NCBI GenBank assembly: GCA_951406725.2
Contig: OX597831.1
Coordinates: 15,376,001-15,440,000, forward strand
Origin: Octopus vulgaris
Lineage: Eukaryota
DNA length: 64,000 bases
Direction: 5' to 3'
This document shows positions 42,344-55,661 of this stretch, one piece after another. The notes beneath the pieces are model-generated. The model ran no database searches. It was not told where the DNA came from and saw only the letters and a list, made by a program, of their open reading frames with translations. Positions within the stretch are counted from its first letter, which is position 1. Each line of letters opens with the position of its first letter. The position numbers were made by a program, and so were the translations under genes.

Positions 42344-43059
42344 TGTACAATACCTGTATATAATATATATCATAATGATATTTAATTTCCGATTTTAAAG
42401 CGACAATTTTTAAATATAAGCAAATGACCGAAAATGATGAGATAACTTCAGGCTGAATGGAACCCACAAATTTTAGCTGACATGGCTCCTTGCAAACCTG
42501 ATTGGCCAAACGCTCGCCCATCAATTTCAGTCAAATTTAGTTAATATATACTTAATCTGTCTGAATACTACATAAATAGGCGCAGAAGTGACTGTGTGGT
42601 AAGTAGCTTGCTAACCAACCACATGGTTCTGGGTTCAGTCCAACTGCCTGGCATCTTGGGCAAGTGTCTTCTGCTATAGCCTCGGGCCGACCAAAGCCTT
42701 GTGAGTGGATTTGGAAGACGGAAATTGAAAGAAGCCTGTCGTATATATGTATATAAATAAGTATATGTTTGTGTGTCTGTTTGTCTCCCTAGCATTACTT
42801 GACAACCGATGCTGGTGTGTTTACGTCCCCGTCACTTAACTGTTCGGCAAAAGAGACAGATAGAATAAGTATTGGGCTTACAAAGAATAAGTCTTGGGGT
42901 CGACTAAATGCGGTGCTCCAGCATGGCCGCAGTCAAATGACTGAAACAAGTAAAAGAGTAAAGAGTAGAGAGTAAATAATATTTTTATAAGCAAATCCGA
43001 AAGGCTTTCCGAGTTACGCTGAGAAAGCTACTATGTTTATAAAAATATTACTTATGTAG

Positions 43060-43114
<55 letters not shown>

Positions 43115-43152
43115 TACATACATATGTATTCTATATGTGTATTTATGTATAC

Positions 43153-43210
<58 letters not shown>

Positions 43211-43669
43211 AGATGACACTGGACAAATAATCAAATGATATGTTATAATAAATATCATTCGCTTACAGGTGTTTCCGCTATTGCCGCATCAACGCGTTCA
43301 GAGTGAAATGTCAGTATTATTCCAATGTTCTACTTTGTCATGGAAATTTCCACGGCCAGTAAAATAAATTTTCTCACTCAAATTGAATGTTTTGAAAACG
43401 TAAATTTTCGAAATAAAGTGTTGTTTTCATATACAAGTCTCTGATGAAGCAATTGTATGCTAACCTGGTAATCGACTAAGACCCCACCACCACTTGTTGC
43501 AGAAACAGATGTAAGCGAATGAAGTGGATTACATAACGTTTGGTTTTTCCGGTGCTTTCTATCATCACTCTATACTTATAGGATAATCTTTTCTTGACAA
43601 TATTATAATGATTGCTACACCTGTTTATTAGTCACGCGATGGCTAATATATGCATACACAAACACATGC

Positions 43670-43721
<52 letters not shown>

Positions 43722-43729
43722 TTATATAC

Positions 43730-43765
<36 letters not shown>

Positions 43766-44338
43766 TTATGTATGCATGTATGTATAATCGCGTCACCTAG
43801 AAGATTATAATCGTATATATATATATATGTAACAACGCACGTATGTATACATGTACGTATGTATGTCTGTATGTATCTGCCTGTGTCTATGTCAATCTAT
43901 CTTTCTATCTATCTATTTCTCTCTTTCTTTGTCTCTATCTGCCCATATGTGTGTATGTGTGTGCGTATGTGGACGTGGCGGAGTGTGAACAGAGTGAGAG
44001 TGTGGACACCAATCAGTTACATAAACAGATATTACTCATAATTTCGATTCTTCATATAATGTATATAGATATGTACACCCACCTATATGTATGTATATAT
44101 ATATATATATATACATATTAGCACATTTATAAATGCTGCTGTGTACAGATAGACTTCAAAATTCTCACAAGAATACATTTCTCTCAACAAAGAAACGATA
44201 AAAATGTAAAAGAGGAGACTATTATTTATAATTTACGTCAAGTTAAACTATACAAAAAAATATTGATCCGACACATAATCGTTGGCCGTATGTTTCTGTT
44301 TAACATTGACTATCTTGAACACCTGGTGTAAAGCGATA

Positions 44339-44388
<50 letters not shown>

Positions 44389-44480
44389 TATATACGTATA
44401 TATACGTATATATATATATACATACATATATATATATATATATACATTTATATATATATATATGTATATATAATTGTGCC

Positions 44481-44551
<71 letters not shown>

Positions 44552-45231
44552 ACATATGTATATATATATATATACATATATATATACATATATATATACA
44601 TATATATACATATGTATATATACATATACATACGACCATTTGTGCTTGTTTGTGGAAATCCTTGCGGCTATAGTTTGGGCTGTTTGAACATTAAATATTT
44701 ATGCAACCGAATATGAAATCTGTCATATCCCTCTGTCTCCTGATAGCTGGTAAGTTATACGAAATATATCTACAAGTGTTACTTTTGTTTTTGGGAAACT
44801 ATAATCCAAAGAAAAGTTTCTTTGTGAAGATTTAATATATATTCTTGAACAATGTTATATAACTGCCACTCAGAATTTGTTATTGTAAATCTTTATTACT
44901 TAAAAAAAATTATATATTTGATTTAGTTTTATACAGTATCTTATTTATAGATTTTTCCTGAGAGACTTTTGTACAGACAAGTATAGATTTATACACTCAC
45001 AGAAAATAAAAGATTCAAATTTAGAGGAAACAAAAGAAGACAGATAAGGGAACAAGTAGGTGTCTTAGTTTAATGCTAGAGAAGAATGGAAAAGTCTTGA
45101 CGTATCGAACCAACGCTCCTCGACCGAAAGTATTCAGAAGAAAGACATGGAAAAAGGCAAGAACACAAAGAGAGGAGAGGAAATGTATGTGTGGGGAATA
45201 ACTGTTCAAAATGATAATAAGAATGATAATG

Positions 45232-45269
<38 letters not shown>

Positions 45270-45548
45270 CAAAATATGACCTCGTGAGTACCGTTGGCGA
45301 TTTTTTTCCTCTGCCTTCCCTTCTCTGGATCTTTCCTTCTCCTATGTTTCCGACGAAGAGCTCCGCTCGAAACCTTAAACCCTCCTTCTATCTTTCTTTC
45401 CTGAGCGTCCAATAATACTATAATTGTTCCACATCCTCGCGTTGTTGTGTTTTTTGTGCTTTCTTGTTTGGATTAACTATATATATATATGTGTATATAT
45501 ATGTATATGTATATATATATATATGTGTATATATATATATAGAGAGAG

Positions 45549-45618
<70 letters not shown>

Positions 45619-45670
45619 ATAGATAGATTAATAGATAGATAGATAGATTAATAGATAGATAGATAGATTA

Positions 45671-45710
<40 letters not shown>

Positions 45711-45718
45711 ATAGATTA

Positions 45719-45757
<39 letters not shown>

Positions 45758-46411
45758 TATAGATAGATAGATAGATGTACTGGAGGACTACTACGATGGT
45801 GGCAGACAGACAGCCGTCATTCTAATATAAAACTGGTTATACAGGGAACGGCATTAGACATTTTGGTGGGACGGCTTTCCCACAATCCCGAGGGTCCCAC
45901 GTCTAATGACAGTGGGTATCATGTCATGGTTTATCTCTGGGTCATTAAATATGATGGGAGGGGGCTGTCAGATTATCTGGATGACTTGCTGGACCGAAAA
46001 TCTTAGGTTCAGTGTTTGCGGATGTAACAACTCTCAGATGTTTAGTTGAGAACAGGGTGTCATGGAGCATAGAACCCGACGGTACGAGTATGTTGGGACT
46101 GACAGCTTAAGTAGAAATATCATACCCAGGCACTGTTGATATTTTACACGGGCAATGGCAGAAGACCTCTAGGAGTCAGGGAGCAACGATTAAACATCTC
46201 TCAACGACACGAAAATGTGTGTATAATATTGTTTCATGTTTTCGACGGCCTCAACGATTACCTGATCACTGAAACCTTCCACCACAACGCATATTATGCG
46301 TACATAATACCTACATACGTACATGCATAGGTACATACATACATACATACATACATACATACATACATACATACATACATACATACATACATACATACAT
46401 ACATACATACA

Positions 46412-46445
<34 letters not shown>

Positions 46446-47468
46446 CGCATGGCTCCGTCGTTGGAGAGTTAAACTCACAATCATAAGGTAGTTTGATTCC
46501 CAAATCATTGTCTCAATTATGGTTCTTGAGCAAGGCTCTTTACTTCCCGTTCCACCAAAGCACTCATCTTTAGAAATGAGTTGCGGTGTCACGGTGGAAA
46601 AGCTGTCTCGGCCCTTTTACCTTTTCCTTGCATAACATCGGTGGCGTGGAAAAGGGGGGCTGGTATGTATGGGCGACTGCGCATTTTCCATAAACAATAT
46701 TACCCGGACTTTTCCGGCGGAGGGAAACTTTCAAGGTGAAATGCAATAATCATTCTAGGCCGAAGGATGTCTTCGAAATTTTACCATTTTTAGTATATGT
46801 ATACGTACATATCATATCATATCATATATATATATATATATATACTGTTGTGTCTGGGGAGGGTCATTTTCTTTTGTGCCTTATAACATAACACACACAC
46901 CGGTAACATTTCCACTTCTTTCTTATTTTTATATTCCTAAAATTTTCGTTGCGTCTAGCAACCTTTTCAATAGTCTTGATTCTCTCCGTTATTTACACTG
47001 CCTTCCCTTTTGTTTATTTGTGCGCATGTGTGTGAGTCGGTGTGTGCGTGTGTGTGCCTATATATGCATGCATGTACGTATGTATGTATGTGTGTGTTTG
47101 CATGTGTATGTATGTATATATCTGTGTGTATGCATATGTATGTGTATGCATCTATATGGTACGTATCCTGTATATTTATGCGGTTGCATGCCCGTGTTTG
47201 TGTGTTTTTTATGTATGTGTGTGAGCATGTGTTTGTACATGTATGAACATCTGTCTACTTGTGTGTGCATGTCTGCGTGTGTGTGTGTATTATGCAACTA
47301 TGTACCATGTTTGTATGTATGGATGTGCATCTTGATATGTGTGGATCTGTGTCTCCATATGTGTCTGTTCTTGTAACCTATGTACCTATCCGTCTGTATG
47401 TTGATCTGTTTGTTTTCATATCTATATGCTTACATACAGAAAAAAAGGCATATAGAAATACATACACA

Positions 47469-47553
<85 letters not shown>

Positions 47554-50353
47554 TTATGTGTGTGTGTGTATGTATATAATGGCGGTGCCCCAGCATGGCC
47601 ACAGCTCATAAGCTGAAACTAGAATCAATCAATCAATCAATCATATATATATATATATCATTCTACGCTGGTACTTGTATGAAACACTAAAGTTACCCGC
47701 CAGTGCTCAACTGTAATCCGAACGACAGGCATGTATTTTCAAATGTTTTATGCAAACGTTCACCTGAACTTAAACATTCTGCCAGCAACATTTTCTATTA
47801 TGTATGTTTTTGCAGTTAACCACTTTGGCATCTCTTGTATAATAAATGTAAGAGGAACATTTTAACATTCTAGGTGTTGCTCTGTCATCGCGCTGCACCG
47901 ATAAAGCTGAAAAGATCTGCTTGGATGCCATGGGCACTTACACTAAAGTCGACACAAAGCTGAAAACATGCAGGTATGTCATATTTTACCACCACTAAAC
48001 CTATTTCCCCAGTAATTCATTTGGATTTGAGCAATGAAGTATTTGCTGAGCTACAGAAGGAAAACCCTCTGATTTGTAGTATCGATACGTTTACTTTTCA
48101 TTATTTCGAAATCAACGAAATAGATATCACGGCAAAATTTTGAATATAATAATTTGCTGTGTAAATGTATTCGTTTAGATATATAGACGACAATTGCAGC
48201 GTGGAAGGTGTTTATAAACCATTTAAAAACACGCGAAATACGTGAACATGTCGCACTCTTACACCGGCGAAAATATTTTAAATTTGAAGCGAATCTAACG
48301 GTTTTTGGTTGTTTTTAAATGCCTTATAAACACCTTCCACGCTGCAGTTGTTTTCGCTTCAACACACGATCACGGATCAGGTGACTTGCTATGCAAGTTC
48401 ATCTCCATAATGTATATATATAAATGTATATATATATATATATATATGTAATTTTGATGTATCTTCGTGACCAGTCACACGTGTGCTGAGGTTTTCTAAA
48501 GGATTTTACATTTAGATATAACTGGAGTACTTATGTGTACTCATGATTCTTGCTTCTGCTTTTTTCCATGTGTGCTTGCAAGTATTTCAATAATTCCTTA
48601 TCGTATTCTCTACTGAAGAGGGGAAGATTTGTGGGATTAATCCCAAAATTGATTCAATATAGAGATAACAAATTTTAAAAAAGATTCTGTTAGCAGGCCT
48701 TCCTCGATTTCAGCACGACGTGTATTTTTGGTGAATGTATATTGTAATGTGGTGATTGACGATTTAAAGTCTATACTCAGCATATTGGCATAGAAATATA
48801 TTTTTTTCTTTTGATCTTGTTTATAAATATGTAGGCTTGTATGAAGATCTGTGTATTATGTCACGCGGAAAGGATTCTCAAAATGCATTCCGTGTGTTGC
48901 AATATTGATACAATGCAGCAATAAGCAGCAACAATAAGTTGTATAGATCACTGGGTAGATCACCGCTTATGAAAGATCGATTCCAATTACCCTTGGAGTT
49001 GAAATGCATTGTCTCTGGGAACCAAACTACCTTTTGTCCGTGAAGAAGAAATAAACAACTTGAGAATCACAAAGGTTGATGTTTTCAGCTGCGCAAAAAG
49101 AAATATCAAAAATGTTTATAGGAAATTCCATGTAATGCGGCAGGATTATCCGCAGTACACCTTCGATACCAAAATATTTGTATTGGACTTTTCTTGAAAT
49201 TAATAAAATATTAATACAATTTCTTTTAAGTGAAATACTCAGCTTATTCTTGTTTTTCCAGGCGTCTCCATATGTTCCGTTCCTGTATGGAACCGAAAGA
49301 CCAAGAGTGTTATAAATACTTTGACTATGCGATACAGACCGTATGCGCTGGTGAGAATATTTTTCATGCCATTTATATTCTTTAGTATTGTTATACGGAG
49401 ACGCAATGGCCCAGTGGTTAGGGCAGTGGACTCGCGGTCGGAGGATCGCGGTTTCGATTCCCAGACCGGGAATGTGTGTGTTTATTGAGCGAAAACATTT
49501 AAAGTTCCACAAGGCTCCGGCAGGGGGGCGGCCCCTGTTGTACGCTTTCGCCCCAACTTTCTCTCACTCTCTCTTCCTGTTTCTTGAGCAACTCTGCGAT
49601 GGACTGGCGTCCGGTCATGCGGGGGGGGGGGCACAGCTAGGTCTGAAAAGGGCACATAAATAAAATAAATTATTGTTATACATTTTTGTTGTTAATTAGT
49701 TCATTTAATTAGCCGGAAAATGTGTGCTGGATTCTGTACTCGATGAAACCCTGTGAGGACCAGGTTTGCCATTCATTCAGATTCCATAAAATAATTTTCT
49801 AATCAAATATTAGGTCAATCAATCAACCTCACCTCTTTCCCTTAATAGTGTTGGCCATGTGCCAAAGCTTGAAATAGATGGTGAGCTGACGGAATCATTA
49901 AAGCGTACTGAAAAATGTCGTTCAGTTCGTTATATTTCCTGCTCAAATTCCACCGAGCCTTCTACTGAGCCATTTATTATTTGGGGGTCGTTAAAATAGA
50001 GTAGTATAAAATAATGGGGTCAGTGTAGCCATCTTTTTCGTGCCCGTCAAATTTGCCCGTCAAAATATGCACATCTCCACCTATAATTTTATCGTTTTAT
50101 ATGTAACCCCCCCCCACACACACACACTTTATGTCTTTCTTTTTATTGTCCACCTTTACTTCGCTCTTGTGGCAAATAAATGTGATCATTATTATTATTA
50201 TTATTATTATTATTACTTTTTTTTTTCTTCTTTCAAATTTGCTTCCATTTCTTGCCGAGTGTCTTCCCGACTCCTAGGGCAAAGAAACTCATAGTATACA
50301 TTGGTAGGCCATTAAACCAAACTCAATAGTTCGTTAATGTAAAATTTTTTTAA

Positions 50354-50395
<42 letters not shown>

Positions 50396-51968
50396 GCATC
50401 ATCATCATCATCATTACCACCACCAACACCAACACCACCACCATCATGTTCATGATCATGATGATGATGATCATCATCATCATCAGCATCATCTTCACCA
50501 TCATCATCACCATTGAATTGCCTCAGGCTTGTCCTTATTCCTCGTAGAATTTATGAGGGTAGCGAGTCACTTCTTGTAACTTTACGCATTCACAAATTTT
50601 CAATAGTCTTTCAAGTGCCTAAAACACTCTTGATAATCTTTCTTGTCCCTAAGAGGAAAAAGTTCTGTACAAACTTAACAGGGAATTATTTCCGAATCTT
50701 CTTCAACCACTTGTCTGTATATTTGCTCACAGTTTCCAAAGCAGCAATTCTTGCAATTTTAAGTTTCAAGAGAATATATCATTACATAAGCCAGCAGCGA
50801 TGACGTCTGGAGGTATCGAGAAAACAAATCTCTTCAAATTTCAAGATAGTTCCAAATTACAAAATAACCCTTATCTGCATGTCGATAATGTGCCTCTTGC
50901 GCGTCTAATATCATTCCGCCCCTTACGTAGCTATTTCGTTGCCGTACCAAGTGCACCTATAATCACTGAACTTGTCGCATTTGTCGTCCAGGATCTTTAA
51001 ATTCTTTTGCTAGGTTCTGATAATTCTAAATTCTCTCCATATCTTTTGTATCCACTTTATTATCATATGTTAATGCAAATTCTATTGACTCGTAATAGTT
51101 CAATGTCTTTTGCAAATGTATCAGGTTTCCTATTCGTCTTTGCACTTCTATTTTTGGACTCTTTTCCTGCGCAACCTCTACAGTAATTTTGTTTTAGATA
51201 TCGTCAGTTCATAGGTTCTTTCATTGAGCATGCATCGTGTGTCATCATCGCCTTCTGTGTTTTGTGTATATGTTCGAGTGATCTGTAAAGTATTTCTCTA
51301 GAACGTTTGATCATAATTTACTAGGAACTGAATTCCACAGTAATGGTTTCTATTCAACTCTGTAGCAATTTATATTCAAGCGTATATTTCATTATTGATG
51401 CATTAATTCAATTATTTAACAGGTATCAGGCGTACTTCAAACGATATCTAGACCATGGGCTACAGCATTCAGTACACATTAAATGGCATATACCTGGGTG
51501 TCGTTAGATCGTAATTCTTTTTTAAAAAAACATTTTATATTCTCTATTTATGCATTCAAACTTTCCTCGGCAAATATTATGGTTGGTATAGATTTCGGTA
51601 CATGACAGGTAGAATACGGCCTACAATAAGCGGTCTCTTATTAGAACATTTAGTTATATATTTGGAAAAATTCAGACAAGCTCTTAGCGGTATTTCGTCT
51701 GTCTTTACTATCTGACTTCAAATTCCACCGTGATTGACATTGTTTTCCTCTTTTCGGGGTGGATAAATTAAGTATCAGGTGCGTATTGTGGTCGAACAAC
51801 TCGACTGGCCCCCTCCCTTAAAAATGATTTCGAGCCTTGTGCCTAGAGTAGAACAGATTATTTCTAGCACAATTTAGATTTAGATAAAAACTATTTTATA
51901 CAATTAAACCCACTGTGTTTCAATGCATTTATTTTCTTATTTCAGTTGAGCCCTACGCTGCGACCTAA
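41789..51968 (+). CDS. Gene C: secreted single-domain cysteine-rich protein, 83 aa; join(41789-41828,47874-47973,49262-49350,51946-51968); alternative first coding exon 44713-44749
   Basis: GT..AG introns, phases 1,2,1; 252 nt. [83 protein letters not shown]. Cys spacing identical to both gene B modules. Confidence 0.87.
42579..42968 (+). mobile_element. Full-length SINE family 1 copy
   Basis: ggcgcagaagtgactgtgtggtaag...gggttcagtcc...gtaaaagagtaaaagag. Confidence 0.9.
44713..44749 (+). CDS. Signal-peptide exon 1b ([13 protein letters not shown])
   Basis: ATG AAA TCT GTC ATA TCC CTC TGT CTC CTG ATA GCT G|GTAAGT; 37 nt, phase 1, same Cys position as the other two signal exons. Confidence 0.72.
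47874..47973 (+). CDS. Gene C exon: end of signal peptide + Cys1-3
   Basis: ttctag|GT GTT GCT...TGC AG|GTATGT, 100 nt. Confidence 0.9.
48191..48408. mobile_element. Second copy of the palindromic MITE
   Basis: caattgcagcgtggaaggtgtttataa / ttataaacaccttccacgctgcagttg plus gtgacttgctatgcaagt end shared with the 13230 copy. Confidence 0.75.
49262..49350 (+). CDS. Gene C exon: Cys4-6
   Basis: tttttccag|G CGT CTC CAT ATG...TGC GCT G|GTGAGA, 89 nt. Confidence 0.9.
49397..49670 (+). mobile_element. SINE family 3 with 11-bp target-site duplication
   Basis: TSD TATTGTTATAC at 49386-49396 and 49671-49681; (TAAAA)n tail. Confidence 0.85.
50900..51130 (-). mobile_element. Very old RLE-LINE remnant
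   Basis: Reverse strand reads ...VIIGALG..., matching IIVGALG of the 10934-12043 element; near an (ATT)/(ATC)n tract. Confidence 0.45.
51946..51968 (+). CDS. Gene C stop exon (exon 51946-51986), VEPYAAT*
   Basis: atttcag|TT GAG CCC TAC GCT GCG ACC TAA...aaaaac|GTAAGT; 41 nt. Confidence 0.8.
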
Positions 51969-52282
51969 TGCACATGGTCGAAAAACGTAAGTACTAGTAA
52001 CGGACTAATACTTTATTATGCCTTGTTAATGCCACGAGGGGCTGCTGAAAATATTTGGCTTTGAATCAAAGAAAATACAGGCAGATCTGTTAAATTTTGT
52101 TCGACATATTCTTCTCTCAGACTCACGCACTTATTGCAGTGGTTCATCATGTTTTTTTGTTTTTTTGGTTTTAAGCCCTTCAAATTAAGTTGGACTTCAA
52201 GCCAGGCCTTTCGCGATAACTTCAAAGCCGGGAACTTCTCAGCATCCCGTTGTATATCTCTATGTTCTAAATTGTCTTCTTT

Positions 52283-52679
52283 TCTTCTTCTTCTTCTTCT
52301 TCTTCTTCTTCTTCTTCTTCTTCTTCTTCTTCTTCTTCTTCTTCTTCTTCTTCTTCTTCTTCTTCTTCTTCTTCTTCTTCTTCTTCTTCTTCTTCTTCTT
52401 CTTCTTCTTCTTCTTCTTCTTCTCCTTCTCCTTCTTCTCCTTCTCCTTCTTCTTCTTCTTCTTCTTCTTCTTCTTCTTCTTCTTCTTCTTCTTCTTCTTC
52501 TTCTTCTCCTTATCCTTCTTCTTCTTCTTCTTCTTCTCCTTCTCCTTCTTCTCCTTCTCCTTCTTCTTCTTCTTCTTCTCCTTCTTCTTCTTCTTCTTCT
52601 TCTTCTTCTTCTTCTTCTTCTTCTTCTTCTTCTTCGTCTTCTTCTCCTTCTTCTTCTTCTTCTCCTCCTCCTCCTTCTT

Positions 52680-52710
<31 letters not shown>

Positions 52711-52726
52711 TTTTTCTTCTTCTTCA
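52283..52726. repeat. (CTT)n polypyrimidine trinucleotide tract, ~440 bp
   Basis: Direct reading; interrupted by CTC units. Confidence 0.97.
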
Positions 52727-53091
52727 GACCGTGACTTTTATCTATTAGCAGTATGTGTCTACAATACCGTGACTGTATGAAGATAAATTAAATTTAGCCT
52801 CTCTCGGCTGGCAAGATTTAGCAATAACAATATATCGGTAATAAAATTATAACCAGACATGGTAGACGTGGATTTATGATAAGAAGACCGTTTCCCATTC
52901 ACTTAATTTCGTGCACAGATCTACTGCACGTTACCTTGGACAATTTTTTTATACTATAGCTTCGAGCCAACATAAGCCCTGTGTAAGGATTAGAGTTACT
53001 CGAATTGAAAGAATCCCGTCACAGACACACACGCTCATATGCATACATACTTACATACATATATATATATGTGTATATACATATATATGTG

Positions 53092-53134
<43 letters not shown>

Positions 53135-53740
53135 CTTTGCCTATGTGTGTGTGTGTGTCTTTTTGTGATTCTGTTCATCTCCCACTACAGCATGCCAACT
53201 GGTGCTAATATTTCTGCAACCCCCATAACATAGCAGATCGGCAAAAGAACCGACAGAATAGGTTCCAGACTTTAAAAAAGAAGAAATATATAAAAAAGAA
53301 CAAAAATGAGTACTGGGTTACTTCATTCGACCAACAATACATCAAAGCGGTGCCCCAGCTTGGCCATCGTTATTATTCTAAAGTGTTTGATAAAACTGAG
53401 ATTTGTTTCCTACTAACGTCTTCTTAGATAAGGTGGAGAAAACATCCTATATGCGAAAATGACATTCTAATGTAACTTAGTCTAAAATCATCTCAGGCAT
53501 TCAGGTCGGTCCAATAACAGAATCAAGAGATAGGAAATGTCGTTATATGGTAAATTTTCCTGTTCGTAAATGTTTAGACCATTCATTGTTGTTCTTGATT
53601 TTATTGTTCTTTTGTATATAATTCAACAAAATTCTCATTACAGTTGAATTATTCATAACTGAATATATATTTTCGTTTCACAATCTTGCCAATAAATAAT
53701 GCGTATTTCTTCAATAAATATTGTATTCTTCTATTAACAG

Positions 53741-53825
53741 ATTTGGATTCAATTTGTCCAACATTTTGGAAACTGGAAAATATTAACAGTTTATAAACAA
53801 ATAAATTGAGTTACTGCCTACACTG
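53741..53825 (+). other. Gene C terminal 3'-UTR exon with polyA signal
   Basis: ttcttctattaacag| acceptor; homologous to the gene A and B terminal exons; AATAAA at 53800-53805, TGTGTTATTTT downstream. Confidence 0.7.
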
Positions 53826-54562
53826 TGTTATTTTCTCATTTTCTGTAAAGCTTGCGGTGTATTTTTAATCGGGTAATTGGTTTAAATACACCAACAGTCC
53901 AAAGCACAGTATAGAGTTTTAAGCAGAAAGAAATTGTCGGAATAAAAGCAAAGCTGATATAAGCTTATTTACAGAGTGCAAGCGCTAACTAACTTCATTG
54001 CTTTTAATATGGTAGAGACATATTGATTTGTGTTGTCAGGAAACAGAAACTAAAATATTTACTTAGAAAGAAACAAATATATTCTAAAAACAAACCACAC
54101 TATAGAAAGCAATTTAGATATGTACAGACAAACAAACGATAATAATAAAAAAAAAGGATTTCTAAAATATGGTAAAGGCAAAGGGTAAGGAATACGAATC
54201 AGTAACGAAGACTCAGGAAGAGGGGCGTTCAAAATCTTTGGCCTAAAAAAAGATCCTATTCTCTCATTTTGGTAGCAGAGGAAAGTAACCCAGCCATATT
54301 AGCATGAAATCACAAAAGGAAAAACGTTATTTGTAAATGTACTTACAACAAGTACACACATCGAAATCGCTAATAATAAAATGAATGTCTTTATCTGATC
54401 AAATTCATAGACGTGAGTTCACTGCACTGAATGCCGACACATCGATGTCTGGATCATTGAGCAACGAGGAAAACTGTTATAAAGTAGAACGAGCAGGTTT
54501 CTCTTAAGTAATTACGGAAAACACTAATGTAGATTGCTATAAAATTACCCCACCCCAAAATA

Positions 54563-55661
54563 CAGGGGTTGGACAAAATAATGGAAACACTTTACAATTT
54601 CAAACAGATTTATTTTGATTTGGGGCAGGACAGCCTTTGGCAATAATTAAAGCTTGAATTCTTTGTTTACAAAGAAATTTTCGTCCGTTCTTCAGCTAAA
54701 ACAGTCTTCTGGAGACCGTGGTGGCCAGAACTTGTTCAGCTTCACTGGAATGTTCCTCGTGCCATCCAGTAACAACTTTAGCTGTGTGAATTATTGTATT
54801 ATCATCCTGAAAGATTGCATTTCCTTCCGGAAGCAGTTCCGTAAAAATAGGATGAATTTGATCAGATAAAATGCTTAAGTAGTCTTGACTATTAATTCTG
54901 CCATGAAGCGAAACCAGTGGGCCAGTGGATTTCTAAGATATAGCACCCTCGCCTAGATCATCACGAATCATACTCTATGTTTAACAGGTGGAAGAAGTCT
55001 CCACACGTATACTCGGCCGGTGGTCGGAAATAAGGAAAAGTATGACTCGTCCGAGAATGTAACATTCTTCCACTGTTCTAGGGACCAATTCTGTAGGTCT
55101 AAATGTTTTGAAACGTTTGTGTTTGAAAGTAGTGGTTTTCTGATTGCAGCTATCCCGTGAAATCCGGCTTTCGGCGAACAGTTTTTGTGGAAACTGGGTT
55201 GTTGAGGTGGTCATTAAGCTATGTAGCAATATTGGGAGCTGTACTTTTGTGATCCTTTCTAACAACTTGCGTAAGAGTCCGACGGACCCAAAATGATGGT
55301 CTTGGTTTTCTTCTTCCGGAGTTTTGTTTCGACCAGGTGGTTTTTCGCCCTTTCTCAAAGTTTGTCATTATTTTCGAGAACGTTCTTCTTGATACACAAA
55401 AAATTTCGCGTGTTTTCGTTACGCTGCCATACGAGCACCAACAATTTGAACTCTTTGAAAGTGTTATAGATCTGTCATATTAATGAATTTTAATTACCTT
55501 TTTTGGATGGTATCAGCAATTTCAGCAAAACATATTAAGCAACACTAATAATAATTAATTAAAAAAAGCATAAAAATAAACAAGATTTTGACGGTTTTAT
55601 AGATATTTCAAAATTATGATGCAGTGATGCTCGGTGTTTCCATTATTTTGTCCAACCCCTG
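54563..55661 (-). mobile_element. Tc1-like DNA transposon with both TIRs, decayed or internally deleted
   Basis: Perfect 28-bp TIR CAGGGGTTGGACAAAATAATGGAAACAC (54563-54590 / 55634-55661), TA on the left; minus strand QWKNVTFSDESYFSLF...GRVYVWR and AIFQDDN motifs. Confidence 0.9.

Noticed and set aside
52134-52748. 204-aa poly-Leu ORF
   Set aside because: It is the (CTT)n tract plus part of a MITE, inside an intron.
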